Assembly: GCA_918234285.1 (NCBI GenBank)
Contig: CAKJXZ020000024.1
Coordinates: 1 to 64,000, forward strand
Length of the DNA stretch: 64,000 nucleotides
From: Pseudomonadota bacterium
GTDB taxonomy: Bacteria; Pseudomonadota; Alphaproteobacteria; RF32; CAG-239
Reading direction: 5' to 3'
Part shown: positions 19,011-29,736 of the stretch, piece by piece
Layout of the letters: every line of letters starts with the position of its first letter
Numbering within the stretch: the first letter of the stretch is position 1
Program-made: the position numbers and the translations under genes
Notes under the pieces: generated by a model
Database searches by the model: none
What the model was told of the DNA's origin: nothing
What the model saw: the letters and a program-made list of their open reading frames with translations, nothing else

Positions 19011-20858
19011 ATGATAGAACTTGTTGATGTAATAGTCGTGGGCGGCGGTCATGCCGGTTGCGAGGCAGCTGCAGCAGCTGCTCGTATGGGGGCAAAAACC
19101 CTGCTGATTACGCATAAAATCGATAAAATAGGGGAAATGTCCTGTAATCCGGCCATCGGCGGTCTGGGGAAGGGGCATTTGGTACGCGAAATCGACGCGC
19201 TTGACGGTTTAATGGCACGAGTTATTGATAAAGCGGGTATTCAATTCAGAATGCTGAATTTATCCAAAGGACCGGCAGTTCGCGGACCGCGCGCGCAGGC
19301 TGATCGCAAACTCTACAAAAAGTTTATGCTGGAAGAATTACGAAAAATCAATAACTTATCAATATCAGAAGCGGCAGTTGAAGGGCTAATTATTGCCGAC
19401 AATCGCATCAACGGCGTAATATTGGCAGACGGAAGCAAAATATCGGCTGCAGCGGTTGTACTTACTACGGGGACATTTCTCAACGGTGTAATGTTTACCG
19501 GACATCAAACCACGGAAGGCGGTCGTGTCGGCGATGAAGCATGTCGCGGTATAACACCGTATTTAAAGCGGGTCGGGCTGACTTTGGGACGTCTTAAAAC
19601 CGGCACACCGGCACGTCTGAACGGCAAAACCATAAATTGGGATATTTTAGAACGTCAGCCGGGTGATGAAGTGCCGCAGGCTTTTTCATTTTTAACTAAA
19701 GAGATTGTCAATCCACAAATAGATTGCGGGATAACCTATACAAATGAATCAACACATAAAATTATTCGTGAAAACTTTTCAAAATGCGCACTTTTTTCCG
19801 GTTTGATAACAGGTCGCGGCCCACGTTATTGTCCTAGTATTGAGGATAAATTGGTGCGTTTTGCCGACAGAACATCGCATCAGATTTTTCTGGAGCCGGA
19901 AGGATATGATACCGATGTTGTGTATCCTAACGGGATTTCAACTTCGTTGCCGGCAGACGTACAGGATGCGTTTATCCATACGATGAAAGGGCTTGAGAAT
20001 GTGGAGATTCTGCGCTATGCGTATGCTATAGAGTATGATTATGTTGATCCGCGGGAATTAGATCATTGTTTGCAAACGAAAAAGGTGAGCGGTTTATATT
20101 TAGCAGGACAAATAAACGGCACAACCGGGTATGAAGAAGCAGCAGCCCAGGGACTGCTGGCTGGAATAAATGCCGCGCTTAAAGCAAAAAACGATGAGCG
20201 GGAATTTTATATTGATCGCAGCCAGGGTTACCTCGGGGTTATGGTTGATGATTTGATAACAAAAGGTGTAGATGAGCCATACCGTATGTTTACTTCGCGC
20301 TCGGAATATCGTTTGTTGTTGCGAGCAGATAATGCGGATATGCGTTTGACTGAGTTGGGGCATGACATCGGTTGTGTTGGTGAAGAAAGATACGCTGTAT
20401 TTAAACAAAAACGCACGGAAATTGCAAAATTTAATGCGTATTGCGAAGGAAAAACAGTGTCTTTTACTGATATTGAAAAGCAAGGATTGAGTGTTAAACA
20501 TAACGGCAAAAAGACATTAAAAGATGTAATGAGCTATCCGAATGTTTCACGTGAAACAATGGAAAAAATTGATTCCGAAATAGCTAAAACCGATCCTAAA
20601 GTTTATGAGCAGATTGAGATTGATGCTAAATATTCGGGATATTTAAAACGTGAATACGAGGATATTGCCGTATTTAAAAAAGATGAAAATCTGAAAATAC
20701 GCGAGGATCTTGATTATAGTAAAGTAGGGGGATTATCTACCGAAATGGTGCAGCGTTTCTCAACCGTGCGCCCGAAAACCATCGGAGAGGCTTCCAGAAT
20801 TACCGGCGTTACACCGGCCGCGGTCACTGCTTTGTTGGGGTATATCAAAAATGCCTGA
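19011..20858 (+). CDS. mnmG: tRNA uridine-5-carboxymethylaminomethyl modification enzyme MnmG (GidA)
   Basis: [56 protein letters not shown]. Confidence 0.98.
   Translation: MIELVDVIVVGGGHAGCEAAAAAARMGAKTLLITHKIDKIGEMSCNPAIGGLGKGHLVREIDALDGLMARVIDKAGIQFRMLNLSKGPAVRGPRAQADRKLYKKFMLEELRKINNLSISEAAVEGLIIADNRINGVILADGSKISAAAVVLTTGTFLNGVMFTGHQTTEGGRVGDEACRGITPYLKRVGLTLGRLKTGTPARLNGKTINWDILERQPGDEVPQAFSFLTKEIVNPQIDCGITYTNESTHKIIRENFSKCALFSGLITGRGPRYCPSIEDKLVRFADRTSHQIFLEPEGYDTDVVYPNGISTSLPADVQDAFIHTMKGLENVEILRYAYAIEYDYVDPRELDHCLQTKKVSGLYLAGQINGTTGYEEAAAQGLLAGINAALKAKNDEREFYIDRSQGYLGVMVDDLITKGVDEPYRMFTSRSEYRLLLRADNADMRLTELGHDIGCVGEERYAVFKQKRTEIAKFNAYCEGKTVSFTDIEKQGLSVKHNGKKTLKDVMSYPNVSRETMEKIDSEIAKTDPKVYEQIEIDAKYSGYLKREYEDIAVFKKDENLKIREDLDYSKVGGLSTEMVQRFSTVRPKTIGEASRITGVTPAAVTALLGYIKNA
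20543..20558. promoter_or_regulatory. parS site (perfect) inside mnmG
   Basis: TGTTTCACGTGAAACA (encodes NVSRET). Confidence 0.95.
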
Positions 20859-21696
20859 GTTTCAACCATATACGTATCATAGCCATACTAATTTTTCCGA
20901 CGGCCATGATGAATTGCTTGCCATGGTTCGGCAGGCCAAAGAAATCGGTTTTACCGAACTTGGTGTCAGTGACCACTTAATTGTCCATAAAAATATGAAG
21001 CAAAGTTTAAGTTGGTCATATTTAGAAAAAAATCGCGCTTCGTATGTATATAACGATAATTTTAAAAGTATTTTGGAAAAATATCAACGCCATTGTGAAG
21101 AGATAAGGCGCGTTTCTCGGCAGGAGAATTTTCGATTGCTGGTCGGATTTGAGGTTGATTATTTTCCGTATAACGGTTGGGAAGAAGAATTTAAGTGGTT
21201 TGTTTCGCAGCTTGATGTTGATTATTTACACAGCGGCAATCACTTTTTTTGCAGTGAGGATTGCGAACAGATTATTAATATGACTTTCTTTTTAAGTGTA
21301 TGTAAAGATGCGTCATTGCATAAGCAGTATTTTTCGCAACACTTTAAGATTTTGGAACGGGCCGTTAACTCCCAAATGTTCAAATTTTTAGCGCACATGG
21401 ATTATATGCGACGCTTTGCCGGTGATGAATACGGCGTTGATACGTTGCGGCCGGAGAAAGAAGTAGTGTTAAAGGCATTGCGTGATACCGGCACGGCGCT
21501 GGAAATCAGTACTAAAGGACTGCGGAAAATAGGGGATTTTTATCCGGATTTCTCTATTTTGCAATTAGCCGGAAAAATGGGAATTTCGGCAGTGATAAGT
21601 GATGATGCACATTGTGTTGCCGAGCTGGGAATGGATTTTAAAAAAGCGGAAAATGCTCTGCAAAAGGCCGGAATAACCAAACGACTTAAGCTTTAG
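20851..21696 (+). CDS. PHP-family phosphatase (histidinol-phosphatase HisJ/HisK-like)
   Basis: YHSHT, SDH, GFEVD, GNH, AHMD, EIST, SDDAH metal-binding motifs. Confidence 0.88.
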   Translation: MPEFQPYTYHSHTNFSDGHDELLAMVRQAKEIGFTELGVSDHLIVHKNMKQSLSWSYLEKNRASYVYNDNFKSILEKYQRHCEEIRRVSRQENFRLLVGFEVDYFPYNGWEEEFKWFVSQLDVDYLHSGNHFFCSEDCEQIINMTFFLSVCKDASLHKQYFSQHFKILERAVNSQMFKFLAHMDYMRRFAGDEYGVDTLRPEKEVVLKALRDTGTALEISTKGLRKIGDFYPDFSILQLAGKMGISAVISDDAHCVAELGMDFKKAENALQKAGITKRLKL

Positions 21697-21832
21697 GATA
21701 TTAACTATCGTAGCGGAGTGTTTTTTAGCAAAAAAAACATTGTAAATTTCGCTTAAAAATTTTTAGTTTAAAAACCCATATATTTTGTTGCAAATTTAAA
21801 AGAATCTTCCATACTATCGCTCAGAGGGTAAA

Positions 21833-22459
21833 ATGGATATTGATTTTGAACTGCAAAAATACAATGTTTCACGTGAAACAATCCAAAAATTGCAAGATTT
21901 TGTGGCGATTTTGCGCGACTGGAACGAAAAAATGAATCTGGTCAGCAAAAATTCCATGGAAGATGTATGGGTACGCCATATTTTGGATTCTTTACAATTG
22001 ATAGAGTATTTGTCGCCGGATGTGAAAAGTTTGGTAGATATCGGTAGCGGCGCCGGATTTCCCGGAGTAGTGCTGGCAATCGCTATGCAAGAAAAATTTC
22101 CGACGTCGCAAATCACTCTGGTTGAGAGTATTACTAAAAAAACGGTGTATTTAAAAGATGTATGCCAAAAATTGGGTCTTAATAATGTAAAGATTGAAAA
22201 TAATCGCGTCGAGAGCATTGTATTTAAAGATGTGGATGCAATAACGGCACGCGCGGTTGCTGCTTTGGAGATTTTATGCGGCTATGCTTATAAAATCGGT
22301 AACAAGCAGACCGAGATGCTGTTTTTGAAGGGGCAAAGCTATGCGCAGGAGGATGCCGCGGCAAGGCAGAAGTGGCGCTACGATGCAGATGTATATCCTA
22401 ACCGCTACGCTGAAGGCGGTGTAATTATGAAGTTGCGTAATTTAAGGAAGCTCAAATGA
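21833..22459 (+). CDS. rsmG: 16S rRNA m7G527 methyltransferase
   Basis: WN..MNL, RHILDS, DIGSGAGFPG, TARA; located between mnmG and parA. Confidence 0.97.
   Translation: MDIDFELQKYNVSRETIQKLQDFVAILRDWNEKMNLVSKNSMEDVWVRHILDSLQLIEYLSPDVKSLVDIGSGAGFPGVVLAIAMQEKFPTSQITLVESITKKTVYLKDVCQKLGLNNVKIENNRVESIVFKDVDAITARAVAALEILCGYAYKIGNKQTEMLFLKGQSYAQEDAAARQKWRYDADVYPNRYAEGGVIMKLRNLRKLK
21865..21880. promoter_or_regulatory. parS site (perfect) inside rsmG
   Basis: TGTTTCACGTGAAACA. Confidence 0.95.
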
Positions 22460-23223
22460 AGATAATATCTATTGCGAATCGTAAAGGAGGAGTTGGTAAA
22501 ACCACTACCACAATCAATATTGCCACGGCGCTGTCGGCCGTCGGTAAAAAGGTATTGGTGATTGACTTTGACCCGCAGGGAAACGCCACAACGTCGTTAG
22601 GTATTGCCAAGAAGAAAGGTCAATTTTCTTCATACAATGTATTGACCGGAGGCTGCGCGGCGGCTGAAGCAATAGTTCACACCGATATTACGCAGTTTGA
22701 TTTAATGCCTTCTTCAGCGGACCTTGCGGCGGCGGAAATTGAGCTGGTTGAGTTACCGAATCGCGAATTCGTGCTTAAAAAAGCTTTGCAAAATTTGCAA
22801 AGTATCTACGACTATATACTAATTGATTGCCCGCCGTCGCTTAATTTGATAACCATTAATGCGTTGGTATCTTCGGCATCGGTTATTGTGCCTTTGCAAT
22901 GCGAATTTTTAGCGTTGGAAGGGTTGGCGGATTTAATCAAGAATATCAATGCAATCAAACGTAATTTTAATCCGGAATTGAAATTGCAGGGAATTATTCT
23001 GACTATGTTCAGTCGGCAGAATAATTTAAGTAAAATGATCGAGGCCGATGTGCGCAAATATTTCGGCGACAAGGTCTATCGAACCGTTATTCCGCGGTGT
23101 GTGCGGATTGCCGAGGCGCCGTCTTTCGGTAAGCCGATTTTGGTGTATGATTTTAAAAGCACCGGTGCGCAAGCATATATTCAGTTAGCTAAAGAATTTT
23201 TAAAGCGTGAAAAGGAGATGTAA
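22456..23223 (+). CDS. parA: Chromosome partition ATPase ParA
   Basis: KGGVGKTT, DFDPQGNA, DCPP, EAPSFGKP. Confidence 0.97.
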   Translation: MKIISIANRKGGVGKTTTTINIATALSAVGKKVLVIDFDPQGNATTSLGIAKKKGQFSSYNVLTGGCAAAEAIVHTDITQFDLMPSSADLAAAEIELVELPNREFVLKKALQNLQSIYDYILIDCPPSLNLITINALVSSASVIVPLQCEFLALEGLADLIKNINAIKRNFNPELKLQGIILTMFSRQNNLSKMIEADVRKYFGDKVYRTVIPRCVRIAEAPSFGKPILVYDFKSTGAQAYIQLAKEFLKREKEM

Positions 23224-24120
23224 ATGAACGCAAACAGCAGAAATCCTCTGGGTAAAGGTATAGGAGCATTATTGGGTGACGACGTCGATATCTTACTTGA
23301 TGATGATAACGATGTCGAAAATTTTGTGCAGAACACTGTATTTAAAGATTCTAAAATCAACCCGTTTGAAGTTGCTACGGATTTGATAAGTCCGTGTGCT
23401 TTTCAGCCGCGGTCTGCATTTGATGAAGATGCTCTGGTATCTTTAAGCGAATCAATCAAAGAAAAAGGAGTTTTGCAACCGCTTTTGGTGCGCAAAAAAG
23501 ATAATCGCTATGAAATCATCGCCGGAGAGCGTCGTTGGCGTGCTGCCCAAAAAGCCGGACTGAGAACGGTTCCGGTAATAATTAAGGATTTTTCAGATCA
23601 AGAGACGCTGGAAGTTGCTTTGGTTGAGAACTTGCAACGTGAAAATCTTTCGCCGATTGAGGAAGCCGAGGGTTTGAACCGATTAATGGCAGAATATGAA
23701 TATACACAGGAAACTCTGGGAAAAGTTATCGGTAAATCTCGCAGTTATATTGCTAACAGTTTGCGTCTTCTGGTCCTGCCTTTTGATGTACAACAAATGG
23801 TTGCCGACGGCGCTTTGTCGGCCGGACATGCCCGAGCACTGGTGGGGTTGCCGAATGCTACCGAAATTGCCAAAGAAGTGGTTCGTAAAGGTTTGAATGT
23901 TCGCCAAACCGAAAAAATGATTGCCGGAATGAAGGATAACAAACCAAAACCGGAAAAATTAACCGACAAAGATTTACTGCAAATTATTGCTGATTTAGAA
24001 CGTAAATTAAGCCTAAAAGTCAAAATTAATGCTGGTAAAAACGGAAAAGGTAGTGTAACATTAAAATACAATAATCCGGCGGAGCTCAGCTCCATTCTGG
24101 ATATTTTGGAACAACGCTGA
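23224..24120 (+). CDS. parB: Chromosome partition CTPase ParB
   Basis: LGKGIGALL N-terminal peptide, QPR, AGERRWRA, ENLQRENL, HTH. Confidence 0.97.
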   Translation: MNANSRNPLGKGIGALLGDDVDILLDDDNDVENFVQNTVFKDSKINPFEVATDLISPCAFQPRSAFDEDALVSLSESIKEKGVLQPLLVRKKDNRYEIIAGERRWRAAQKAGLRTVPVIIKDFSDQETLEVALVENLQRENLSPIEEAEGLNRLMAEYEYTQETLGKVIGKSRSYIANSLRLLVLPFDVQQMVADGALSAGHARALVGLPNATEIAKEVVRKGLNVRQTEKMIAGMKDNKPKPEKLTDKDLLQIIADLERKLSLKVKINAGKNGKGSVTLKYNNPAELSSILDILEQR

Positions 24121-24138
24121 TATTATAAGGAGACGAAA

Positions 24139-24384
24139 ATGCCTACAATCTTGGAAATGATGTTGGAAAACTGCAAAAAAGCCGGATACCATCCGACACA
24201 AAATATTGAAAAAATCGCTAAAGCCAAGAATATGATGTTTGGTGAAAGCGAATGGCGTCGCTGCCCGTGCGATGGCCAAAACGAAAAAAGATATTGCATT
24301 TCGGAATTATGCCGCAGCGATATTGAGCGTGACGGTATTTGTCATTGTCGTTGCTATCAAAAAGTTTCCGGCGATAATAAATAG
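24139..24384 (+). CDS. Small Fe-S protein, ferredoxin-thioredoxin reductase catalytic-subunit-like
   Basis: CPC...C....C...GICHC pattern; AAGGAG SD. Confidence 0.7.
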   Translation: MPTILEMMLENCKKAGYHPTQNIEKIAKAKNMMFGESEWRRCPCDGQNEKRYCISELCRSDIERDGICHCRCYQKVSGDNK

Positions 24385-24416
24385 ACGTCTGATCTTTAAA
24401 CTTTCGGAATTTACAG

Positions 24417-27400
24417 ATGCGTAATCCGCAGTTCATACATTTGAGAGTGCATACGGCTTATTCGCTTTCACTGGGCGCAATACCCGTGTCTAAGCTGACG
24501 GAGCGCTTGCATGAACTGAATGTACCGGCTTGCGCCATAACCGATCGCGGTAACCTGTTCGGCGGGAAAGCTTTTTCCAAAAGCGCCGCCGATATGGGTA
24601 TTAAACCGATTCTCGGGGCGGAATTGAGTCTGCATAATGACGATTCCGAAAATCTTTCCTTATCTAAAGGGCAGGAGCTTGAGCCGCAACGCATAATATT
24701 GTTGGTGAAAGACGCACAAGGTTATGCTTCTTTAATGAAATTATTTCACCGCTATTATCTGGATAATATGGAGAACAGCATATATCCGCAGATAAATATG
24801 ACGGATTTGCGCAACTATGGTGCGGGGTTAATTTGTCTGACCGGCGGCTATGAAGGGCCGCTGGGGCAACTTATTTTGCAAAACCGCAAGGCAGATGCCG
24901 AGAAAAAACTGTTGGAACTGAAAGAGATTTTCGGTGACCGGCTGTATGTCGAAATTTCACGTGTCGGCTATGATGAAGAGGCTGCCACCGAACCGGTGTT
25001 TTTGGAACTAGCCTACAAACACAATATACCTTTAGTGGCAACTAACGATGTTTTCTTTTTTGATGAGGATATGTATGAGGCGCATGATGCCCTAATTTGT
25101 ATTGCCGCCGGCGAATATGTTGCCGACGACACGCGCCGTAAATACTTACCGACAAATCGTTGGCGCAGCGAAAAAGAAATGGTCGAATTGTTCGCTGATA
25201 TTCCGGAAGCTATTGAAAATACAGTAAAAATTGCTGAAAGATGCAATTATTTATCTAAAAAAGTCGAGCCTTTGCTGCCGATATTTATATGTCCGGACAA
25301 CAAAACCCAGGATGAATTTATTACCGAAGAAGCCTACAAGGGATTGCACGAGCGTATGGTAGCTCAAGTTTATACGCCGGAGATGACACCGGAAGAACGG
25401 TTGGCGATTGATGAAGAATATTATGCGCGACTGGAATATGAACTGAGTGTCATTAAAAAGATGGGATTTCCCGGCTACTTTCTCATCGTTTCGGACTTTA
25501 TTCGCTGGTCTAAAACACACGGCGTGCCGATTGGTCCGGGGCGCGGATCCGGTGCCGGTTCGATTGTGGCGTGGTCACTCAAAATTACGGACTTGGATCC
25601 GATTCGGTTGGATTTGTTGTTTGAGCGTTTTTTGAATCCGGAACGTGTCAACATGCCGGATTTCGACGTTGACTTGTGTCAGGAGAATCGCCACAAAACC
25701 ATCGAATATGTGCAAGAAAAATATGGTCATGAAAAAGTAGCGCAAATCATAACTTACGGTAAGTTGCAGTCAAAGGCGGTGATTCGCGATGTGGCGCGCG
25801 TATTGCAAATGCCGTATAGTCAGGCTGATAAAATCTCCAAAATGATACCTCCCGGTTCCGGCGGCAAAAATCCGACTCTGCCGCAATCTCTGGAAATGGT
25901 GCCGGAACTGCGTGAAATGCGCGATACCGATCCGCAAATCAATAAGTTGTTCGAGATTGCCATAAAACTAGAGGGGTTGTATCGCAACTCCGGTATGCAT
26001 GCGGCCGGAGTAGTTATCGGTGACCGTCCGCTGGATGAACTGGTGCCGCTGTATAAAGACCCGCGCGCTGATATGCCGGTGACGCAATATGATATGAAGT
26101 TTGTAGAAGAAACCGGCCTGATTAAGTTCGATTTTTTGGGCTTGAAAACGCTGACGGTAATTGAACGGGCGGTTGAATGGGTCAAAAAAATTCACGGGGT
26201 TGAACTCAAAATGGCCGAAGTGCCGCTTGATGATGTAGAAACCTATAAAATTTTGCAGGAAGGTAATACCAGTGCCGTCTTTCAATTTGAATCCGCCGGT
26301 ATGCGCGACGTGATGAAACAAATCAAACCGGACCGTTTTGAGGATTTAATTGCGGTGATTTCGCTTTATCGACCGGGCCCGATGGCTAATATTCCGACAT
26401 TTATCAATCGTAAGCACGGCATTGAAAAAATCGAATATCTGCATCCGGATTTGGCTCCGATACTTGATGAGACCTATGGCATTATGGTGTATCAGGAGCA
26501 GGTGATGAAGATTGCGCAGGTGCTTGGCGGATACACCCTCGGAGGTGCCGATAAATTGCGTAAGGTTATGGGTAAAAAAATGGTGGCGGAGATTCCGCAT
26601 CAACGCGAAATGTTTACCGAGGGTGCCACCAAAAAAGGCATTGATCCGAAAATTTCCGGAGCTATTTTTGACCAGATGGCCAAGTTTGCCGAGTACGGTT
26701 TTAATAAATCTCACGCCGCTGCTTATTCGCTGATTTCCTATCAAACGGCGTATTTAAAAGCGCATTACCCGGTGGAATTTATGTGTGCGGTTATGGATTT
26801 TGATATTACCAATACCGATAAAATAGCGTTCTACACCGACGAAGTGCGGAAGATGGGATTTAAAGTTTTGCCGCCGGATATAAATCGCTCCGATGCATTG
26901 TTCAAAGTGGAAGACGGTAATATTCGTTTTGCCCTTGCCGGAATCAAAAACGTGGGCGAGGCCAATATGAATGCAATCGTTGAAGAACGTGAAAAGAACG
27001 GTGTATTTAAAAATCTGTCGGATTTTATTCATCGGGTTGATATCAAACAAATCAATCGCCGGCAGATGGAGCAACTGATAAAGGCCGGTGCCTTTGACGG
27101 GCTGGAACAAAACAGAGCAAAATTATATAATAATATCGATACGGTTTTACGCCATATTGCTGCGGCGTGCGAAACCAAAAACAGCGCGCAGACTTCGCTG
27201 TTCGGCAACCAGGAATTGGTGGCGGAAGTCAAACTGGAAAATGCCGGCGGTTGGTCCGACTTGGAAAAATTGCAGTATGAAGCGGAGGCCATCGGCTTCT
27301 ATCTGTCGGCACACCCGCTCGACGTTTATAAAGACAGCGTTGAAAGATTGGGTATCAAAAAATATATGGACGCCGTAAAAGGTATCAAAAACGGCGATAA

Positions 27401-27890
27401 AGTATTGGTAAATTTAGCCGGTTGTGTGCAGGGGCTGCAAAAACGCATCGGTAAAACCGGTAAAGAATACGGGATATTGCGGGTAAGCGACACCACATCT
27501 GCGTTTGACGGTTTTGTTTTCGGTGATTCGCTGTCGGCGGCAAAAGAGGCGGTCGCACAGGGAGTTCCACTATTTTTGGGAGCGCGGATTGAGAAAAAAG
27601 ATGATGATACTCCGCCGCGTATAATTTTTGATATCGTGCGTACGCTTGATGAACAGATTACCGATAATTCCAAAGGTTTGGTAATCGGGATATCCGATGT
27701 GGCGGCGGTACGTCCGATTAGAGAAATGTTGTCGCATGAACACTACGGACCGTATAAAATATATATAGAGCCGGAATTACCGGATTGGGATATCAGAATC
27801 CAACTGAAAAACAGCTATGCGCTGGATAACGGCAAACTGATGACCAATATCCGCGCGGTTTCCGGCGTAACCTTGGTAAAGGAATTGTAA
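24417..27890 (+). CDS. dnaE: DNA polymerase III alpha subunit
   Basis: HLRVH PHP domain, GPGRGSGAGS, MPDFDVD, HAAG, FNKSHAAAYS. Confidence 0.98.
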   Translation: MRNPQFIHLRVHTAYSLSLGAIPVSKLTERLHELNVPACAITDRGNLFGGKAFSKSAADMGIKPILGAELSLHNDDSENLSLSKGQELEPQRIILLVKDAQGYASLMKLFHRYYLDNMENSIYPQINMTDLRNYGAGLICLTGGYEGPLGQLILQNRKADAEKKLLELKEIFGDRLYVEISRVGYDEEAATEPVFLELAYKHNIPLVATNDVFFFDEDMYEAHDALICIAAGEYVADDTRRKYLPTNRWRSEKEMVELFADIPEAIENTVKIAERCNYLSKKVEPLLPIFICPDNKTQDEFITEEAYKGLHERMVAQVYTPEMTPEERLAIDEEYYARLEYELSVIKKMGFPGYFLIVSDFIRWSKTHGVPIGPGRGSGAGSIVAWSLKITDLDPIRLDLLFERFLNPERVNMPDFDVDLCQENRHKTIEYVQEKYGHEKVAQIITYGKLQSKAVIRDVARVLQMPYSQADKISKMIPPGSGGKNPTLPQSLEMVPELREMRDTDPQINKLFEIAIKLEGLYRNSGMHAAGVVIGDRPLDELVPLYKDPRADMPVTQYDMKFVEETGLIKFDFLGLKTLTVIERAVEWVKKIHGVELKMAEVPLDDVETYKILQEGNTSAVFQFESAGMRDVMKQIKPDRFEDLIAVISLYRPGPMANIPTFINRKHGIEKIEYLHPDLAPILDETYGIMVYQEQVMKIAQVLGGYTLGGADKLRKVMGKKMVAEIPHQREMFTEGATKKGIDPKISGAIFDQMAKFAEYGFNKSHAAAYSLISYQTAYLKAHYPVEFMCAVMDFDITNTDKIAFYTDEVRKMGFKVLPPDINRSDALFKVEDGNIRFALAGIKNVGEANMNAIVEEREKNGVFKNLSDFIHRVDIKQINRRQMEQLIKAGAFDGLEQNRAKLYNNIDTVLRHIAAACETKNSAQTSLFGNQELVAEVKLENAGGWSDLEKLQYEAEAIGFYLSAHPLDVYKDSVERLGIKKYMDAVKGIKNGDKVLVNLAGCVQGLQKRIGKTGKEYGILRVSDTTSAFDGFVFGDSLSAAKEAVAQGVPLFLGARIEKKDDDTPPRIIFDIVRTLDEQITDNSKGLVIGISDVAAVRPIREMLSHEHYGPYKIYIEPELPDWDIRIQLKNSYALDNGKLMTNIRAVSGVTLVKEL

Positions 27891-27891
27891 A

Positions 27892-28881
27892 ATGCGTAAG
27901 AATAAATATACATTTTTCGGAGTTTTGCAAACGTGGACACAGCTGATAGTGCGCGCTTGCCGACAGTGGCGAATTTTCGGAGCATATGCTGCCGTGATAA
28001 CGGTTATAGATGCGGTTTTCGGAAACTGGTCTTATTCTTGCCGCGGTGACGAGCCGGAGTTTTGGTGTGTCACTCTTCCGAACAATAAATATGTGGTAAT
28101 TGCCGCTATGTGCATATTTTATTTATTGCTGACATACCTGATTTGCGCATTTGCAACGGATTTACACAATTCGCTGTTCAAGAACAGTGTATTTAAATCG
28201 CGGAACGTATTCTCTATCAGCAAGCAAAAGCTAAATATAACTGTTGTTCTGGCCGGATTGTTTTTGGGGGCGGCAATTTCTTTATTGGTAGCTTATTATA
28301 TTATTCAGCGCCCGGCTAATCCGGATTTTGAGGTTGAGTTTGGCTACTTTCTGATAGTGTTTGTGTTGCTGATGATACCGCTGATGATGATTCGATGTGC
28401 GGCTTGTTTTGCCTATTATATCGACACCGGGCACTTTGCTTTGGGCAAAGTATATAACTACACGAGCGGTCGTTCTTATATCAGTGTGATGATGTTTTTA
28501 CTGTTGGCGATAGTTTTGCTGATAATAAGCATGAATGCCTACGGATTTTTCAATCGTATCTCATTTGAATATAACAGTCTTACAACCGCTGTGGCAACCG
28601 ATTTTACCGATAATCTGCTTAAATTGGTAATAGTAACGGCATTTTTATTGTTTGCACAGGCGCAATATATTCGTATGGAAGAAACTGAAGAATTGCACAG
28701 GGAACTTGTTGCTGCCGAAATTAAAGCTCATTTGGAAAGAGAAATCCCGGCAGATTCTCAAACATCTGCAGCTTCTCTAACAGAAACCAAATTAACCGCG
28801 AAGGCTGCCAAAAAGAAGAAGAATCAGCATAAATCATCAAAGGTGTCCACAGCAAAAACCGCGAGGAAGCAAAACAGATGA
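27892..28881 (+). CDS. Hypothetical integral membrane protein with basic C-terminal tail
   Basis: About 6 hydrophobic segments; starts 1 nt after the dnaE stop. Confidence 0.75.
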   Translation: MRKNKYTFFGVLQTWTQLIVRACRQWRIFGAYAAVITVIDAVFGNWSYSCRGDEPEFWCVTLPNNKYVVIAAMCIFYLLLTYLICAFATDLHNSLFKNSVFKSRNVFSISKQKLNITVVLAGLFLGAAISLLVAYYIIQRPANPDFEVEFGYFLIVFVLLMIPLMMIRCAACFAYYIDTGHFALGKVYNYTSGRSYISVMMFLLLAIVLLIISMNAYGFFNRISFEYNSLTTAVATDFTDNLLKLVIVTAFLLFAQAQYIRMEETEELHRELVAAEIKAHLEREIPADSQTSAASLTETKLTAKAAKKKKNQHKSSKVSTAKTARKQNR

Positions 28882-29624
28882 AATACATAATTTCGATATT
28901 GTTCGGTTTGTTTTTATGGCCGGCATCAATAAGCGTTGCCGCACCGAGCGTTGCCGATGTTGAAAACGCCATAAAAAAGAGTGATGTTGCTACGTTGGAA
29001 AAAATGATTAAGAGCGAGCTCGATTTGAATATGCATGATTCACATGGAAATTCGCTGTTTTATTTTGCGCTTACCAATACGCGTTCGCCGCAGATATTAC
29101 GCTTTTTGGCAGATAACGGTGCCGATTTGAATACGCCGGTACCATCGACCGGAGAAACTCCGTTGGTTTATGCTGTTGCGGCAGCAGACAGGATACAGGC
29201 AGACGCCGAGCGGGTATTTATCGGAGAACTATCGCCGCGGGATCGAGAAAAAATGGCGGATGATTTTAAAAAGGTTGCGGCCAAAGAAATGAAACGTGCC
29301 GTAGAAACGGTGCGTCTGCTTGTGGATTTAGGGGCAGATATCAATCAGGAAACACCGCTCGGCACCCCGTTGATGAAGGCGGCAACCAATGCGTGGAATG
29401 GTGAGATTGTGGCTATGTTGCTTGAAGCCGGAGCCGATGTGAATCAAGAAGATCAAAACGGACGTACGGCTTTGTTTTATGCCGAAGCATACGGCAATTC
29501 CGACATTTCTCTGCAGCTTATTGCCGCCGGTGCCGATGTTTATCACACCGACGTCAACGGCAAAACATATATCGAAGCTGAGAAAAAAGACTTGCAGCCC
29601 GAAGAAATTATCCACGATATGTAA
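28878..29624 (+). CDS. Exported ankyrin-repeat protein
   Basis: Signal peptide; GETPLVYA, GTPLMKAA, GADVNQEDQNGRTAL. Confidence 0.9.
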   Translation: MKYIISILFGLFLWPASISVAAPSVADVENAIKKSDVATLEKMIKSELDLNMHDSHGNSLFYFALTNTRSPQILRFLADNGADLNTPVPSTGETPLVYAVAAADRIQADAERVFIGELSPRDREKMADDFKKVAAKEMKRAVETVRLLVDLGADINQETPLGTPLMKAATNAWNGEIVAMLLEAGADVNQEDQNGRTALFYAEAYGNSDISLQLIAAGADVYHTDVNGKTYIEAEKKDLQPEEIIHDM

Positions 29625-29736
29625 AATTTTATCACAAAGATAGTGAAAAGTATTTTTTTATGCTTTAGTATACACTCAACCGGTCAGGGTAATGAAATTA
29701 CTTTGGCCAAAGTTTAATTTTAAAAAGGAAGGAAAA

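Larger units (their letters stand above)
18091..28197 (+). repeat. Dispersed polarised 15-bp motif AACRSYGTATTTAAA
   Basis: Exact copies at 18091,18851,18925,19553,22141,23332,26744,26997,28183; near copies at 18070,20391,20664,22214 and 38820; all on the + strand. Confidence 0.9.

Noticed and set aside
26744-26758. The dnaE TAYLK copy as independent evidence for the 15-bp motif
   Set aside because: QTAYLK is conserved in DnaE, so this copy is partly protein-driven; the finding rests on the other copies
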